Shown here: positions 19,569 to 29,647 of the stretch, one piece after another | How the letters are laid out: each line of letters starts with the position of its first letter | Position numbering within the stretch: position 1 is the stretch's first letter | DNA from: an uncultured Muribaculaceae bacterium | GTDB taxonomy: Bacteria > Bacteroidota > Bacteroidia > Bacteroidales > Muribaculaceae | Assembly: GCA_964562375.1 (NCBI GenBank) | Contig: CAZLSW010000001.1 | Location: 32,871 to 96,870, forward strand | Length of the DNA: 64,000 nucleotides | Direction: 5' to 3' | Translations under genes and position numbers: made by a program | The notes under the pieces: generated by a model | The model's input: the letters and a program-made list of their open reading frames with translations, nothing else | Database searches by the model: none | Told to the model about the DNA's origin: nothing

Positions 19569-20957
19569 TTAGAATTCGGCGTTCTTCGGCGTACGCGGGA
19601 ATGGGATCACGTCGCGGATATTGGTCATGCCCGTCACGAAAAGCACCAGACGCTCGAAACCAAGACCGAAACCGGCGTGAGGCACCGTGCCGAAACGGCG
19701 AGTATCGAGATACCACCACATGTCCTTCATCGGGATGTTCAGCTCCTCGATGCGGGCCATGAGCTTGTCGTAATTCTCCTCGCGTTCCGAGCCACCGATG
19801 ATCTCCCCGATGTTGGGGAACAGCACGTCCATGGCGCGCACGGTCTTGCCGTCCTCGTTCTGCTTCATGTAGAAAGCCTTGATCTCCTTGGGATAATCGG
19901 TGAGGATCACCGGGGTCTTGAAATGCTCCTCCACCAGGTAGCGCTCGTGCTCGCTCTGCAGGTCGGCGCCCCAGTAGACGGGGAACTCAAATTTCTTTCC
20001 CGATTTCTCCAAGATTTCCACGCCCTCGGTGTAGGTAAGGCGCTTGAATGGCTTGGCCAGTACCCCCTCCAAGCGCGCGATCAGCTCGGGGTCGTACATT
20101 TTCTGCAGGAACTCGATGTCGTCGCGGCAGTTGTCAAGGGCGTAACGGATGCAGTATTTCACGAACTCCTCGGCCAGGTCCATGTTGTCGGTGATGTCGT
20201 AGAAGGCCATCTCAGGCTCAATCATCCAGAACTCGGCCAAGTGGCGCGGGGTATTGGAATTCTCGGCGCGGAAGGTGGGGCCGAAGGTGTAAATCTCGCC
20301 GATCGCGGTGGCTCCAAGCTCGCCCTCCAGTTGGCCCGACACGGTCAATGCCGTGGGCTTGCCGAAGAAGTCCTGCGAGTAATCCACGGCACCCTCCTCG
20401 GTTTTGGGCAACTCATTAAGGGGTAAGGTGGTAACCTGGAACATCGCGCCGGCGCCCTCGCAGTCGCTTGCCGTGATCAACGGCGTGTTGAGGTAGTAGA
20501 AACCTTTATCCTGGAAGAACTTGTGGATGGCGTAGGCCAAAGCCGAGCGCACGCGCAGGACGGCCCCGAACGTGTTGGTGCGGGGACGCAAGTGGGCAAT
20601 CTCGCGCAGGAACTCCAGGGAGTGTCCTTTCTTCTGCAGCGGATAAGCCTCGGGATCGGCTGTGCCGTACACCTCAAGCTCGGTAGCTTGGATCTCGGTG
20701 GCCTGGCCCTTGCCCATCGATTCCACGAGGTCGCCCACGACGTGGATCGAGGCCCCGGTGGTGATAGGCTTAAGCTGCTCCTCGGTGAAGCGGTCGAGGG
20801 GGAACACGATCTGGATATTGTTGATCGTGGAGCCGTCGTTCAGTGCCACAAACTGCACGTTTTTGTTGCCGCGGCGGGTGCGCACCCACCCTTTGACGCT
20901 CACTTTCTCGCCCACTTTATCCTTGGTGAGAATATCCTTGATTTTGCTTCTTTTCAT
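19569..20957 (-). CDS. asnS: Asparagine--tRNA ligase
   Basis: Class II motifs [21 protein letters not shown] and GFGLGFERL. Start at [10 protein letters not shown] (ATG 20957). Confidence 0.95.
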   Translation of the reverse strand: MKRSKIKDILTKDKVGEKVSVKGWVRTRRGNKNVQFVALNDGSTINNIQIVFPLDRFTEEQLKPITTGASIHVVGDLVESMGKGQATEIQATELEVYGTADPEAYPLQKKGHSLEFLREIAHLRPRTNTFGAVLRVRSALAYAIHKFFQDKGFYYLNTPLITASDCEGAGAMFQVTTLPLNELPKTEEGAVDYSQDFFGKPTALTVSGQLEGELGATAIGEIYTFGPTFRAENSNTPRHLAEFWMIEPEMAFYDITDNMDLAEEFVKYCIRYALDNCRDDIEFLQKMYDPELIARLEGVLAKPFKRLTYTEGVEILEKSGKKFEFPVYWGADLQSEHERYLVEEHFKTPVILTDYPKEIKAFYMKQNEDGKTVRAMDVLFPNIGEIIGGSEREENYDKLMARIEELNIPMKDMWWYLDTRRFGTVPHAGFGLGFERLVLFVTGMTNIRDVIPFPRTPKNAEF

Positions 20958-20974
20958 TGTGATTGATTTATTAA

Positions 20975-21062
20975 TGCACTCGTGCACTCATGCATTCGTT
21001 TACTCGTTTACTCGAAAGCTCGAAGGCTCGAATGCACGAATGAACGAATACACGAATGCACG
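20975..21062. repeat. Array of eleven 8-nt units (TGCACTCG / TTTACTCG / AATGCACG types) in the asnS leader
   Basis: Strict 8-nt periodicity. The left and right halves contain mutually complementary words (TGCATTCG vs CGAATGCA), giving an imperfect long palindrome. Confidence 0.85.
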
Positions 21063-21088
21063 AGGGATCGAAATTACGATTTTTGAGA

Positions 21089-22627
21089 TTATTCGAAGGA
21101 GCCCATTTTGAGGAAGTTAACCTCTTCCTGGGTGAGGTAACGCCAGCGGCCGCGGGGGAGGTTTTTCTTGGTCAGGCCCGCGAAGTACACGCGGTCGAGC
21201 TTGGTCACGTGGTAACCCAGCGACTCGAAGATACGGCGAACGACGCGATTGCGGCCCGAGTGGATCTCGATGCCCGCCTGGTTGCGGTCGGTCTCGGTGG
21301 CGTAGGAGATGGCGTCGGCGTGGATGGGGCCGTCGTCAAGCTCGATGCCGTCGGCGATACGCTGCATATCCTCCTCGGCGATGTCCTTGTCACACCATAC
21401 GTGGTAGATTTTCTTCTTCACGTATTTGGGGTGGGTGAGCTTGGAGGCCAGGTCACCGTCGTTGGTCAACAGCAGCACGCCGGTGGTGTTGCGGTCCAAG
21501 CGACCCACGGGGTAGATACGCTCGTTGCATGCGCCCTTCACCAGGTCCATAACCGTGGTGCGGCCGTTGGGGTCGTCGCTCGTGGTGACGCAATCCTTCG
21601 GTTTGTTAAGCAGGATGTAGCATTTGCTCTCCAGAGCCACCACCTTCTCATCGTATTCAACGACATCCGAGTGGGAGATCTTGGTACCCAGCTCGGTAAC
21701 AACGTTGCCGTTGACCTTCACCAAGCCCTGCTGGATGAACTCGTCGGCCTCGCGGCGCGAGCAGATACCGGCGTTGGCCATGAACTTGTTCAGACGAATC
21801 TGCTCATTGGGATCGGGTATCGGCATTTCGTACTCGATACGCTTGGGGCGCGGAGTGAAGCTCTTGCCGCGTGAGGGCATGAACCCTTGCTGACCCTGCT
21901 GGCGACGGTTGTTGTACCCGCCTTGCTGACGGTTGTTGTAGCCGCCCTGGCGGTTATTGTAACCACCCTGGCGGTTGTTGTTGTAGCCACCCTGACGGTT
22001 GTTGTTGTAGCCACCCTGGCGGTTGTTGTTGTAGCCGCCCTGACGGTTGTATCCGCCCTGTTGGCGATTCTGGCCTTGGTGACCGGGGTTGTTGTAACCG
22101 CCTTGGCGATTGTTGTATCCGCCCTGGCGATTGTTGTTGTAACCGCCTTGGCGGTTGTTATTGTATCCACCCTGCTGGCGAGGCTGGTAGCCGCCGGCGT
22201 TGGGACGCGGCTGGTAGCCTGTGTTGGGGCGGGGCTGGTAGCCTTGGGTTGGGGTAGCGCCGGCTGCGCCCTCGGCGGTCTCGCCTTCCTTGGCCTCGCC
22301 CTGGGGGGCGGCGGAGGGGGTACCGTAGGTGTTGGGACGCGGCTGATAGCCACCACCTTGGTAGTTATTGTTATAGCGATTGTAGCCCCCCTGCTGGCGA
22401 TTTTGGTAGCCTCCAGCGTTGTTGTAGCGGTTTTGGTAACCACCCTGTTGGCGTGGCTGATAGGGGCGCGGCTGGTAGGGGCGGTCGCCCGTGGGGGCGG
22501 CGTCGCTGTTGTGATCGTTCATTGAGCTGTAGCTCGACTTTTCATAGCGTGAGCCTTCGTGATCGTCGGCCACCGCACGGCTCTCGCCGATTCTGGGTCG
22601 TTTCCCTTTTTTGTCGTTACTTTCCAT
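21089..22627 (-). CDS. Pseudouridine synthase (RluB/RsuA family) with a roughly 250-aa N-terminal Gly/Tyr/Asn/Gln/Arg repeat region
   Basis: C-terminal half has an S4 domain (IRLNKFMANAGICSRREADEFI) and the catalytic VGRLDRNTTGVLLLTNDG. The N-terminal half is NRQGGYNN-type repeats. Confidence 0.88.
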   Translation of the reverse strand: MESNDKKGKRPRIGESRAVADDHEGSRYEKSSYSSMNDHNSDAAPTGDRPYQPRPYQPRQQGGYQNRYNNAGGYQNRQQGGYNRYNNNYQGGGYQPRPNTYGTPSAAPQGEAKEGETAEGAAGATPTQGYQPRPNTGYQPRPNAGGYQPRQQGGYNNNRQGGYNNNRQGGYNNRQGGYNNPGHQGQNRQQGGYNRQGGYNNNRQGGYNNNRQGGYNNNRQGGYNNRQGGYNNRQQGGYNNRRQQGQQGFMPSRGKSFTPRPKRIEYEMPIPDPNEQIRLNKFMANAGICSRREADEFIQQGLVKVNGNVVTELGTKISHSDVVEYDEKVVALESKCYILLNKPKDCVTTSDDPNGRTTVMDLVKGACNERIYPVGRLDRNTTGVLLLTNDGDLASKLTHPKYVKKKIYHVWCDKDIAEEDMQRIADGIELDDGPIHADAISYATETDRNQAGIEIHSGRNRVVRRIFESLGYHVTKLDRVYFAGLTKKNLPRGRWRYLTQEEVNFLKMGSFE

Positions 22628-23003
22628 GATTTTTCCTTAGAGGATTTTAAAGTTGATTTTGTTGTGGACATTTTGCGGCATGTGCCTCTCGGCTTTGGTT
22701 TCTGGCCGCTCTGAGGGATTTGTTTGCTCCCTTAAATGTTGTTGATGGTTTTGATTAGTTGATTATGTTTTTACCTTATTAAATAAATGTTTTGTTGAAA
22801 TGCTTTGTTCAGAAAAATACCGGTTTTAGCGGATAAAAATGATTGGTTATCTCGAAAACTAATGTGTAAACTGGCTTTTGTCGATAACTTGCGAAGGGCT
22901 TGCGGCGGGCCCACAAGCCCTTCTGCGGGGCAAAGTTATAAAATTTTCCTCAATTACGAAAAAATTAAGGAAACTTTGTAGTAGTTAGTAGTTTTTAGTA
23001 ATC

Positions 23004-23035
23004 CATTAGTGGTTTCTTGGATAACTTGCGAAACT
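23004..23035 (-). repeat. AT-rich 3'-flank repeat element, copy C (core only)
   Basis: Exact reverse complement of 2337-2368, lying just 3' of the glucosaminidase-domain gene in the same relative orientation as copy A to nagB. Confidence 0.85.
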
Positions 23036-23102
23036 TCAATATCATGATTGTGAAAACTCGCCTTCAGCGTTTCCTGAGGAGATGAGCACTCAAGGGGGAG
23101 GA

Positions 23103-23690
23103 TTAGCGGGAGGATTTGATTCGGGCGTGGAGGTCGAGGATCTGCTTGCCGTACTGGGGGTTTTGGGCCCAGCGGCCCGAGAGGTCCTTCCATTTCGGGG
23201 CCGAGCCGCGCTTTACCAGGGAGAAGCGTGGGTCGACCAGCTTCTCCTTGCGCGGCAGGTCCTTGTTGCAGCAGTAGGCGTAGAGGTGCTGGATGTGGGC
23301 ACGCACGCCGTCCTCCACGGTGTCGAAACCGGCGCCTGTTTGGCCGTTTTTCACTACTCCGAGGCCACAATAATTGTGATGCTCGGGCTTCACGGCCGAG
23401 CCTTGGTAACGAAACCATCCCGTCTCGATAATGGCTTGACAGAGCGCTATATCGCCGCGCAGGCCGTATTTCTTGCCGATTTTAATGTAGGCCTCGGCGA
23501 TCGCCGGGTCGAAGTCGGGGTTGCGCTGCTGGATATACGCCGTAAGTTCCGAGGCTTTAAGCTCCGATTTCCCCTCGATCTTTTGGGCCAGGCATAGGGT
23601 AGGGGAGAGCAGCATTATCACCAGTATCAAGCTCCTCAGGAGGATGGAAGCCGGGGCGACCCGGCCCCGACAAAATAAGGTTTCTCTCAT
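23103..23690 (-). CDS. Glucosaminidase-domain (mannosyl-glycoprotein endo-beta-N-acetylglucosaminidase-like) protein with signal peptide
   Basis: LCQAIIETGWF...NYCGLG motifs. Start at MRETLF (ATG 23690), giving an ATGA overlap with the AraC stop; the ORF is open to 23840. Confidence 0.75.
   Translation of the reverse strand: MRETLFCRGRVAPASILLRSLILVIMLLSPTLCLAQKIEGKSELKASELTAYIQQRNPDFDPAIAEAYIKIGKKYGLRGDIALCQAIIETGWFRYQGSAVKPEHHNYCGLGVVKNGQTGAGFDTVEDGVRAHIQHLYAYCCNKDLPRKEKLVDPRFSLVKRGSAPKWKDLSGRWAQNPQYGKQILDLHARIKSSR
23644..23673. repeat. Second palindromic element family (ATGGAAGCCGG..CGACCCGGCCCCGACAA), copy inside the 5' end of a CDS
   Basis: Near-identical copy at 33599-33630. Here it encodes residues CRGRVAPAS of the predicted signal-peptide n-region. 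Confidence 0.75.
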
Positions 23691-24598
23691 GACTGCTGGT
23701 ACTGGGTGGGCGACATGCCCGTGAGGTGCTTGAAGTATTTCCCGAACGACGATTGGTTGGTGAAATTCAGCTCGTAGGCGATCTGCTGCACGTTTTTGCC
23801 TGAGAATTTCAGCAGATTCTTGGCCTCGAGAATGACGCACTGGTCGATCCAGGCAGTAGCGCTTTTACCGGTTACCTCCTTGATAATGAGCGAGAGATAT
23901 TTGGGGGAGATGAATAGCTTGTCGGCGTAGAAGCCTACCGATCGCTCCTCGCGGAAATGGTTTTTCACCAGGGCCATAAACTGGTTGACATAGCTCAGGC
24001 GACGCGTGGCGGGGCGCTCGTTTTCGGTGTCCTCCTCGCGGCGGTGGCTGAATTCCAGAATCTGGTAGAAGAGGGCCGACATGAGGTTGCGGGCGATGCT
24101 GCGGATATAGATATCCTCGTGGTTCTCGACGGTGTTGGAGTGCATCAACTCCATTATTTTGTTGAGGATGTTGAATTCCCCGTCGGTCAATTGTATCGAG
24201 AGCCTTTCCGGCGATTTGAATTGGGTGTTGGAGGCGGCCCAGGTGTTGAGGTCGATAGGAATAGTGTGCATGAAATCGTGATTGAGGGCGAGCAGTTGCA
24301 CGTCGATTTCCGCGTCCTCGCAGTCCTCGATGTTGACAATCGACATCGGGGGGATGAACATGATCATGTTTTTGCTCAACACATGGCGGTTGAGATTGAC
24401 GTCGATCACCATTTTGCCGCTGTGGCACAGGAGGAAAGTGAGTCCTTCGAATCGCAGGGATCGCATGGGGAATGAGGGACGTTCGCCGTTGACCAGGGGT
24501 GAGATATGGGCGTACACGTAGTCGCTGTCGTGCCGCGAGAAAGCGCTGGCCACGCGTTCCAGTTCAAATAATTGCTCTATATGCAGATGCTTTTCCAT
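23687..24598 (-). CDS. AraC family transcriptional regulator
   Basis: 303 aa with an N-terminal cupin-like domain and a C-terminal double HTH (ISPKYLSLIIKEVTGKSATAWI...FTNQSSFGKYFKHLTGMSP). Confidence 0.9.
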   Translation of the reverse strand: MEKHLHIEQLFELERVASAFSRHDSDYVYAHISPLVNGERPSFPMRSLRFEGLTFLLCHSGKMVIDVNLNRHVLSKNMIMFIPPMSIVNIEDCEDAEIDVQLLALNHDFMHTIPIDLNTWAASNTQFKSPERLSIQLTDGEFNILNKIMELMHSNTVENHEDIYIRSIARNLMSALFYQILEFSHRREEDTENERPATRRLSYVNQFMALVKNHFREERSVGFYADKLFISPKYLSLIIKEVTGKSATAWIDQCVILEAKNLLKFSGKNVQQIAYELNFTNQSSFGKYFKHLTGMSPTQYQQS

Positions 24599-24717
24599 TG
24601 TCGACCTGATACTTGTATTACGCCGCGAAAATAGGCAAAATATTCCAACATTTCACCTATTCACCCGTATAATAAGCCATTTGGGACAATAAATTGGACA
24701 TGCACGCCACTTGGTGC

Positions 24718-25383
24718 TTATAGCTCGAAAGTGCGTTGGTCGACCAGGTTGCTGTTGGCTACATGCACTGTGACACCCTCGCAGGTATCAAAGGAGAAGA
24801 TTTCGGAGGCGTCAAACGCGGCGTAGTATTGGCGGTCGTAGGTGGCTGTGTGGCCTATCGGTAGCTCGTGGACCAGGTATAGGTCGGGGTAGGGGGATGA
24901 TAGGGTGGACTCGTCGGCGAGCATGAAGAATCGGCGAGGGTTGTCGTCGTACGGCAGGCGGCAACGTACGATGATTTTGTCGCCCGCGCGCCATATCGCC
25001 ATCAGGTACACCTCGTCCTTGTCCCATGTGAGATACTTTCCGATTTGGTCGACCTGTACCTGTGAGTTGTTGATTTGGGAGTAGGTTATGGTCTTAACTT
25101 GTTGAGGATTACCCTCTTGAAGCACTTGATAACCAAGGAAGAAGCAGTCGCCAGCGACAATGACCGTGGCATCGAATTTTGTAGCGGTGGTCATGTACAC
25201 TGGCTCGGAGTCACCGTGTTTCAGCACCATTGAGGAGCCGGTGTCGCTCGAGGCCTCCAGCTCCACGATATTGTATAGGGTAGGGGTCTGCTCCCCGGGA
25301 TCACCCTCCTGGCAACCCGTCAAGAAGCCAAGCAGCAGCCCGCTTGCCACCAATCTTCTCATCAGCTTTATTACCTTCTCCAT
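24718..25383 (-). CDS. Hypothetical lipoprotein
   Basis: Signal and lipobox LLLGFLTGCQE; 221 aa, beta-rich. Family uncertain, possibly NigD-like. Confidence 0.55.
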   Translation of the reverse strand: MEKVIKLMRRLVASGLLLGFLTGCQEGDPGEQTPTLYNIVELEASSDTGSSMVLKHGDSEPVYMTTATKFDATVIVAGDCFFLGYQVLQEGNPQQVKTITYSQINNSQVQVDQIGKYLTWDKDEVYLMAIWRAGDKIIVRCRLPYDDNPRRFFMLADESTLSSPYPDLYLVHELPIGHTATYDRQYYAAFDASEIFSFDTCEGVTVHVANSNLVDQRTFEL

Positions 25384-25391
25384 CCGTCGTA

Positions 25392-25504
25392 CTTCTTCAC
25401 TTAATCCTTTACTCCTTTCCTCCTTTAAAGATTTAACGCCTTAAAGATTTAAAACTAGAAACTAGAAACTAGAAACTAGAAACTAGAAACTAGAAACTAG
25501 AAAC
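25392..25504. repeat. CCTTT-word block followed by (AACTAGA)x7
   Basis: TAATCCTTTACTCCTTTCCTCCTTTAAAG, then AACTAGA x7 (25453-25504), ending 2 nt before the stop of the ABC ATPase gene. Confidence 0.9.
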
Positions 25505-25506
25505 TC

Positions 25507-26163
25507 TTAACCCCCCTCCATCCTTCCATCCCGCAGCCTGATAATCAGGTCGCTATCCTCGGCGAGCGACATGTCGTGGGTGACGATGACAAACGTTTGT
25601 CCCAGGTCGCGCCGCAAGTCGAAGAACAGCCGGTGAAGCTCCTCGCGGTTGTGTGAGTCAAGGCTACCTGAAGGCTCGTCAGCCAGCACGACTCGTGGCG
25701 AATTGACCAGGGCGCGGGCCACTGCCGCGCGTTGGCATTCACCCCCGGACAGTTGCGCGGGTCGATGTTCCATGCGATCTCCAAGTCCAAGATAATCAAT
25801 CAGTTCCTTGGCGTGTTTTTCGGCTTTAGAACGCGGCTCGCCGCCGATCAAGGCTGGCATCATCACGTTCTCAAGGAGAGTGAATTCCGGCAACAGTTGG
25901 TGAAACTGGAAGACAAAACCCACGTTGCGGTTGCGCCATCGGGCCAGGGCATTACCCTTGAGCCGCAGCACATCCTCGCCGTCAAATTGGACGGTGCCCG
26001 AGTCGGGTCGATCCAACGTGCCAAGTATCTGAAGCATAGTGGTTTTGCCGGCCCCACTGGGGCCGACGATAGAGCATACCATGCCCCGGGGGATGTCGAT
26101 GGTGACGCCATCCAACACCCTCAGGGCACCGTAACTCTTCTGAATATTCTGAGCCTTAATCAC
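25507..26163 (-). CDS. ABC transporter ATP-binding protein (LolD/MacB-ATPase-like)
   Basis: Walker [10 protein letters not shown], signature LSGGECQR and Walker [10 protein letters not shown]. There is no ATG between the slyD overlap and Walker A. A GTG at 26163 gives (M)[11 protein letters not shown] and overlaps the slyD stop (GTGATTAA). Confidence 0.85.
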   Translation of the reverse strand: MIKAQNIQKSYGALRVLDGVTIDIPRGMVCSIVGPSGAGKTTMLQILGTLDRPDSGTVQFDGEDVLRLKGNALARWRNRNVGFVFQFHQLLPEFTLLENVMMPALIGGEPRSKAEKHAKELIDYLGLGDRMEHRPAQLSGGECQRAAVARALVNSPRVVLADEPSGSLDSHNREELHRLFFDLRRDLGQTFVIVTHDMSLAEDSDLIIRLRDGRMEGG

Positions 26164-26779
26164 CGCAGCAGTCGGCTCCAAGGTGACCGTGGCTGTGGCC
26201 GCAACCGCAGGCGTCGTCGCCGCAGTGGTGGTGCTCGTCGCAGTCGCAACCGTCGGCGCAATCCTCGTGGTGACAACCGCAGCCGCAACCATGCACGGGC
26301 TGCAATTCCTCGGGAGTGGCGTCGCGCACGGCGAGGATTTCACCCTTGAAGCGTACGTCTTTGTCGGCCAACGGGTGGTTGAAGTCCATCTTTACGGTGT
26401 CGGGACCTACCTCCACGACCACGCCGTTGATACGGAATCCGTCGGAGGTCATCATGGGCACGATGGCACCCGGGGTGATGTTCTCCTCGTCAAATTTTCC
26501 GTCGATCTTGAAGATATCCTTCTCGAGGACGGCCACTTGCTCGGGGTCGTGGGTACCGAAGGCTTCCTTGGCCTCGACTTTCACATCGAATTTGCCGCCC
26601 TTTTCGAGGCCCAAGATGGCTTCTTCCAAGGGACGGATCATGCCTTGGGTGACGCCGTAGATGATTTTCTCGGGATCCTCAATGTCGGTTTGGTGGACGA
26701 GGATCTCGGTGCCGTCGGGCTTTACTTCGTAGAGGTCGTATCCGAGCTCCACGTATTTTCCAGGTTCAATCTTTTCCAT
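26156..26779 (-). CDS. slyD: FKBP-type peptidyl-prolyl isomerase SlyD with Cys/His-rich metal-binding tail
   Basis: FKBP plus insert-in-flap layout and a C-terminal [37 protein letters not shown] tail. Confidence 0.85.
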   Translation of the reverse strand: MEKIEPGKYVELGYDLYEVKPDGTEILVHQTDIEDPEKIIYGVTQGMIRPLEEAILGLEKGGKFDVKVEAKEAFGTHDPEQVAVLEKDIFKIDGKFDEENITPGAIVPMMTSDGFRINGVVVEVGPDTVKMDFNHPLADKDVRFKGEILAVRDATPEELQPVHGCGCGCHHEDCADGCDCDEHHHCGDDACGCGHSHGHLGADCCGD

Positions 26780-26787
26780 TTTTTATA

Positions 26788-26925
26788 TAGTTTTTAGTTT
26801 TTAGTTTTTAGTTTTTAGTTTCTAGTTTCTAGTTTTAAAGCATTAAAGCATTAAAGCTTTAAAGGAGTAAAGGAGGAAAGGATCCATTTATAAGCCCCCG
26901 CTTCGGGGGTTTGGGGGCCGCTTTA
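26788..26925. repeat. Composite repeat: (TAGTTTT)x4-(TAGTTTC)x2, (AAAGCATT)x2, (AAAGGAGN)x3, then GC hairpin AAGCCCCCG-CTTC-GGGGG
   Basis: Read directly from the sequence. The AAAGGAGG...GGAT...TTATAAGCCCCCG.TTCGGGGG..TGGGGGCCG part recurs at 55030-55105. Confidence 0.9.
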
Positions 26926-26940
26926 ATAACGGCAAAGCCG

Positions 26941-29562
26941 TTATGACTGTTTTCCTGTTATGATAGTTTTGATTTCGTTAAGCTTATTAAGGGCGGCGAT
27001 GGGTGAGAGGGCGTTGATGTCGAGGCCGAGAATCTCGTCGCGCACCTGCTCGAGCACGGGGTCGTCCAATTGGAAGAACGACATCTGCACGCCCTCCTCG
27101 GTTTGTGGCGCCAAGGTCGACGGCACCGGGCGATCGCCTCCCGGGGCCGATTCCTCAAGTTGCTTCAACACCTTGGTGGCGCGGTCCACTATCCACCGTG
27201 GCATGCCCGCCAGCTTGGCCACATGGATACCAAACGAGTGCTCCGAGCCTCCCGGGGCAAGTTTACGCAGGAACACGACCTTGCCGTCAATCTCTTTAAC
27301 CGACACGTTGAAATTTTTCACGCGCGTGAGGGAGCGTTCCATCTCGTTCAATTCGTGGTAGTGGGTCGCGAAAAGGGTTTTGGGATGGTCTTGACAGGAG
27401 TTGTGGAGGTACTCGACGATGGCCCAGGCGATGGAGATGCCGTCGTAGGTGGAGGTGCCGCGGCCAAGTTCGTCGAAGATAATCAACGAGCGGGCGCTCA
27501 TGTTGTTGAGTATCGAGGCCGCCTCGGTCATTTCCACCATAAAGGTCGACTCGCCCAGCGAGATATTGTCGGTGGCCCCCACGCGGGTGAACACCTTGTC
27601 GACCACGCCGATATGGGCGCTCGCTGCGGCCACAAAACAGCCCATTTGGGCCATTATAACGTTGAGGGCCGTCTGGCGCAGCAATGCTGATTTACCCGAC
27701 ATGTTTGGGCCGGTAATCATCATAATCTGCGTGGAGTTGTTGTCCAAGGTGACGGAATTGGAGATGTAAGGCTCGCCCGGGGGTAGCTGTTTTTCGATTA
27801 CGGGGTGACGCGCGTCGACCAGCTCCAGCTTGAGAGAATCGTCGACCACGGGGCGGTTGTAGCGGTTCTCCAAAGCTGCAACGGTGAACGACGTCAGGCA
27901 GTCCAATTGGGCCAGGAGGTGGGCGTCGCGCAGGATTTTTGCCACCCAGTCGCCAAGGTCGGTGACGAGCTGGTTGAACAGCCTCGACTCGATTTGCTCG
28001 ATGCGCTCTTGGGCGCCGAGGATTTTCTCCTCGTATTCCTTCAATTCTTGGGTGATGTAGCGCTCGGCGTTGACCAGGGTTTGCTTTCTTATCCAGTCGG
28101 CAGGCACCTTGCTCTTGTGGGTGTTGGTCACCTCTATATAATAACCGAAGACGTTGTTGAAACCGATCTTCAAGCTTGGGATACCCGTTGCGGCCACCTC
28201 GCGCGCCTGGATGTTTAATAGGTAGTCCTTGCCTTGCGAGGAGATCAGTCGCAGTTCGTCCAATTCCGAGTCGACGCCGTCGGCGATCACACGGCCTTTG
28301 CCCCAGATACTGGGTGCGTCGGGCACGATCTCGCGGTCGATACGCTCGCTCATTGCCTTGCACGGGTCGAGTTGCTCGCCCATGGCTCGCAGGGAGGTTT
28401 GCGCGGTGGCCATGCATCGCGTCTTTATCGGCTCGATCGACTGTAGGGCCACTTTCAATTGCACCACGTCGCGGGGCGACACGCGTCCCACGGCCACCTT
28501 GGAGATCAGTCGTTCCAAGTCGCCCATACGCTCCAGTTGCTCGCGGATGTCGTCGCGGGCGTCGGGGTCCTTCATGAAGTGCTCCACGACGTCCAAGCGG
28601 GCGTTGATTTCCTTGGGGTCGCGCAGGGGGAATTGCATCCAACGGCGCAACAGGCGGGCACCCATCGGGCTCACGGTTTTGTCGATCACTTGGAGCAGCG
28701 ATCGCCCTTCGTCGGTCATCGGCCGGAGCAATTCAAGGTTGCGTACGGTGAATTTGTCGAGCCTTACGTATTGCTCCTCCTCGATGCGCGAGAGGGTGGT
28801 GATATGGCTCGTGCGGGTGTGCTTGGTGAGGTCAAGATAGTAGAGGATGGCGCCCGAGGCCACGATCGCCGCCGGCATTCCGCTCACGCCGAATCCTTTC
28901 AGGGTTGTCGTCTCAAATTGCTTGAGCAGGCGCTCCATGCCGTTGGTGCCGGTGAACACCCAATCCTCCAGCGGCGTCACGCTCTTAGGGGCCGAAGGCA
29001 GATTTTGAATGGCGAAAGCGCGCTTTTCGTTCTCGACGAGAAGCTCCTTGGGGGCGAAGCTGCCAAGCAATTTGTCCACTTTCTCCAGAGTGCCCTCGGC
29101 GCACAGGAATTCGCCTGTGGAGATGTCGAGCAGGGCCAGTCCGACGGCTTGTTTGTCGATGTGGACAGCGGCCACGAAGTTGTTCTCGCGGTGGTCGAGG
29201 ATATTGTCGTTGATCGAAACGCCAGGAGTGACCAGCTCGGTGATTCCTCGCTTGACCAATTTTTTGGCCAATTTCGGGTCCTCCAACTGCTCGCAGATAG
29301 CCACGCGCTTTCCGGCTCTCACGAGCTTGGGCAGATACGTGTCGAGGGCGTGGTGGGGGAATCCGGCCAGCTCCACAAATTGCGCGGCTCCGTTGGCGCG
29401 GCGGGTAAGGGTGATACCCAAAATCTCGGAGGCTGTGATCGCGTCCTCCGAGAACGTTTCGTAAAAGTCGCCCACACGAAACAGAAGCACCGCGTCGGGG
29501 TGCTTGCGCTTCATCTCCACATATTGCCGCATCAGCGGGGTTTCTACTATCTTGTTTGCCAT
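26941..29562 (-). CDS. mutS: DNA mismatch repair protein MutS
   Basis: 873 aa with GPNMSGKSA Walker A and [13 protein letters not shown]. Confidence 0.97.
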   Translation of the reverse strand: MANKIVETPLMRQYVEMKRKHPDAVLLFRVGDFYETFSEDAITASEILGITLTRRANGAAQFVELAGFPHHALDTYLPKLVRAGKRVAICEQLEDPKLAKKLVKRGITELVTPGVSINDNILDHRENNFVAAVHIDKQAVGLALLDISTGEFLCAEGTLEKVDKLLGSFAPKELLVENEKRAFAIQNLPSAPKSVTPLEDWVFTGTNGMERLLKQFETTTLKGFGVSGMPAAIVASGAILYYLDLTKHTRTSHITTLSRIEEEQYVRLDKFTVRNLELLRPMTDEGRSLLQVIDKTVSPMGARLLRRWMQFPLRDPKEINARLDVVEHFMKDPDARDDIREQLERMGDLERLISKVAVGRVSPRDVVQLKVALQSIEPIKTRCMATAQTSLRAMGEQLDPCKAMSERIDREIVPDAPSIWGKGRVIADGVDSELDELRLISSQGKDYLLNIQAREVAATGIPSLKIGFNNVFGYYIEVTNTHKSKVPADWIRKQTLVNAERYITQELKEYEEKILGAQERIEQIESRLFNQLVTDLGDWVAKILRDAHLLAQLDCLTSFTVAALENRYNRPVVDDSLKLELVDARHPVIEKQLPPGEPYISNSVTLDNNSTQIMMITGPNMSGKSALLRQTALNVIMAQMGCFVAAASAHIGVVDKVFTRVGATDNISLGESTFMVEMTEAASILNNMSARSLIIFDELGRGTSTYDGISIAWAIVEYLHNSCQDHPKTLFATHYHELNEMERSLTRVKNFNVSVKEIDGKVVFLRKLAPGGSEHSFGIHVAKLAGMPRWIVDRATKVLKQLEESAPGGDRPVPSTLAPQTEEGVQMSFFQLDDPVLEQVRDEILGLDINALSPIAALNKLNEIKTIITGKQS

Positions 29563-29591
29563 GGCAACTGCAAATTTACAACAAATTTCCG

Positions 29592-29599
29592 TATCTTTG
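29592..29599 (+). promoter_or_regulatory. -7 promoter box TATCTTTG
   Basis: Exact TAnnTTTG 49 nt upstream of the ATG at 29648. Confidence 0.45.
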
Positions 29600-29647
29600 C
29601 GAAAATTATCACCACTGGCCGCTTTTGCGGCTTATCACACGTAAGCA

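Noticed and set aside
21790-22525. Long ORFs 21790..22443 (-) and 21887..22525 (+), rich in T/A/V/L runs.
   Set aside because: They are alternative-frame or antisense readings of the GGYNN repeat region of the pseudouridine synthase gene. This is a pure low-complexity artefact.
22893-22923. The 10-bp-stem hairpin GAAGGGCTTG...CAAGCCCTTC in the long rluB-like leader, considered as a terminator or riboswitch element.
   Set aside because: There is no U-tract on either strand and no recognisable riboswitch core. It remains an unexplained hairpin in a 475-bp AT-rich spacer.
26861-26884. The AAAGGAGG words here, and at 3681-3690 and 55043-55055, read as strong Shine-Dalgarno sites.
   Set aside because: They lie 80-160 nt from the nearest start codon or on the wrong strand, and Bacteroidota generally do not use SD-led initiation. 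I treat them as part of the CCTTT/AAAGG word-repeat family.
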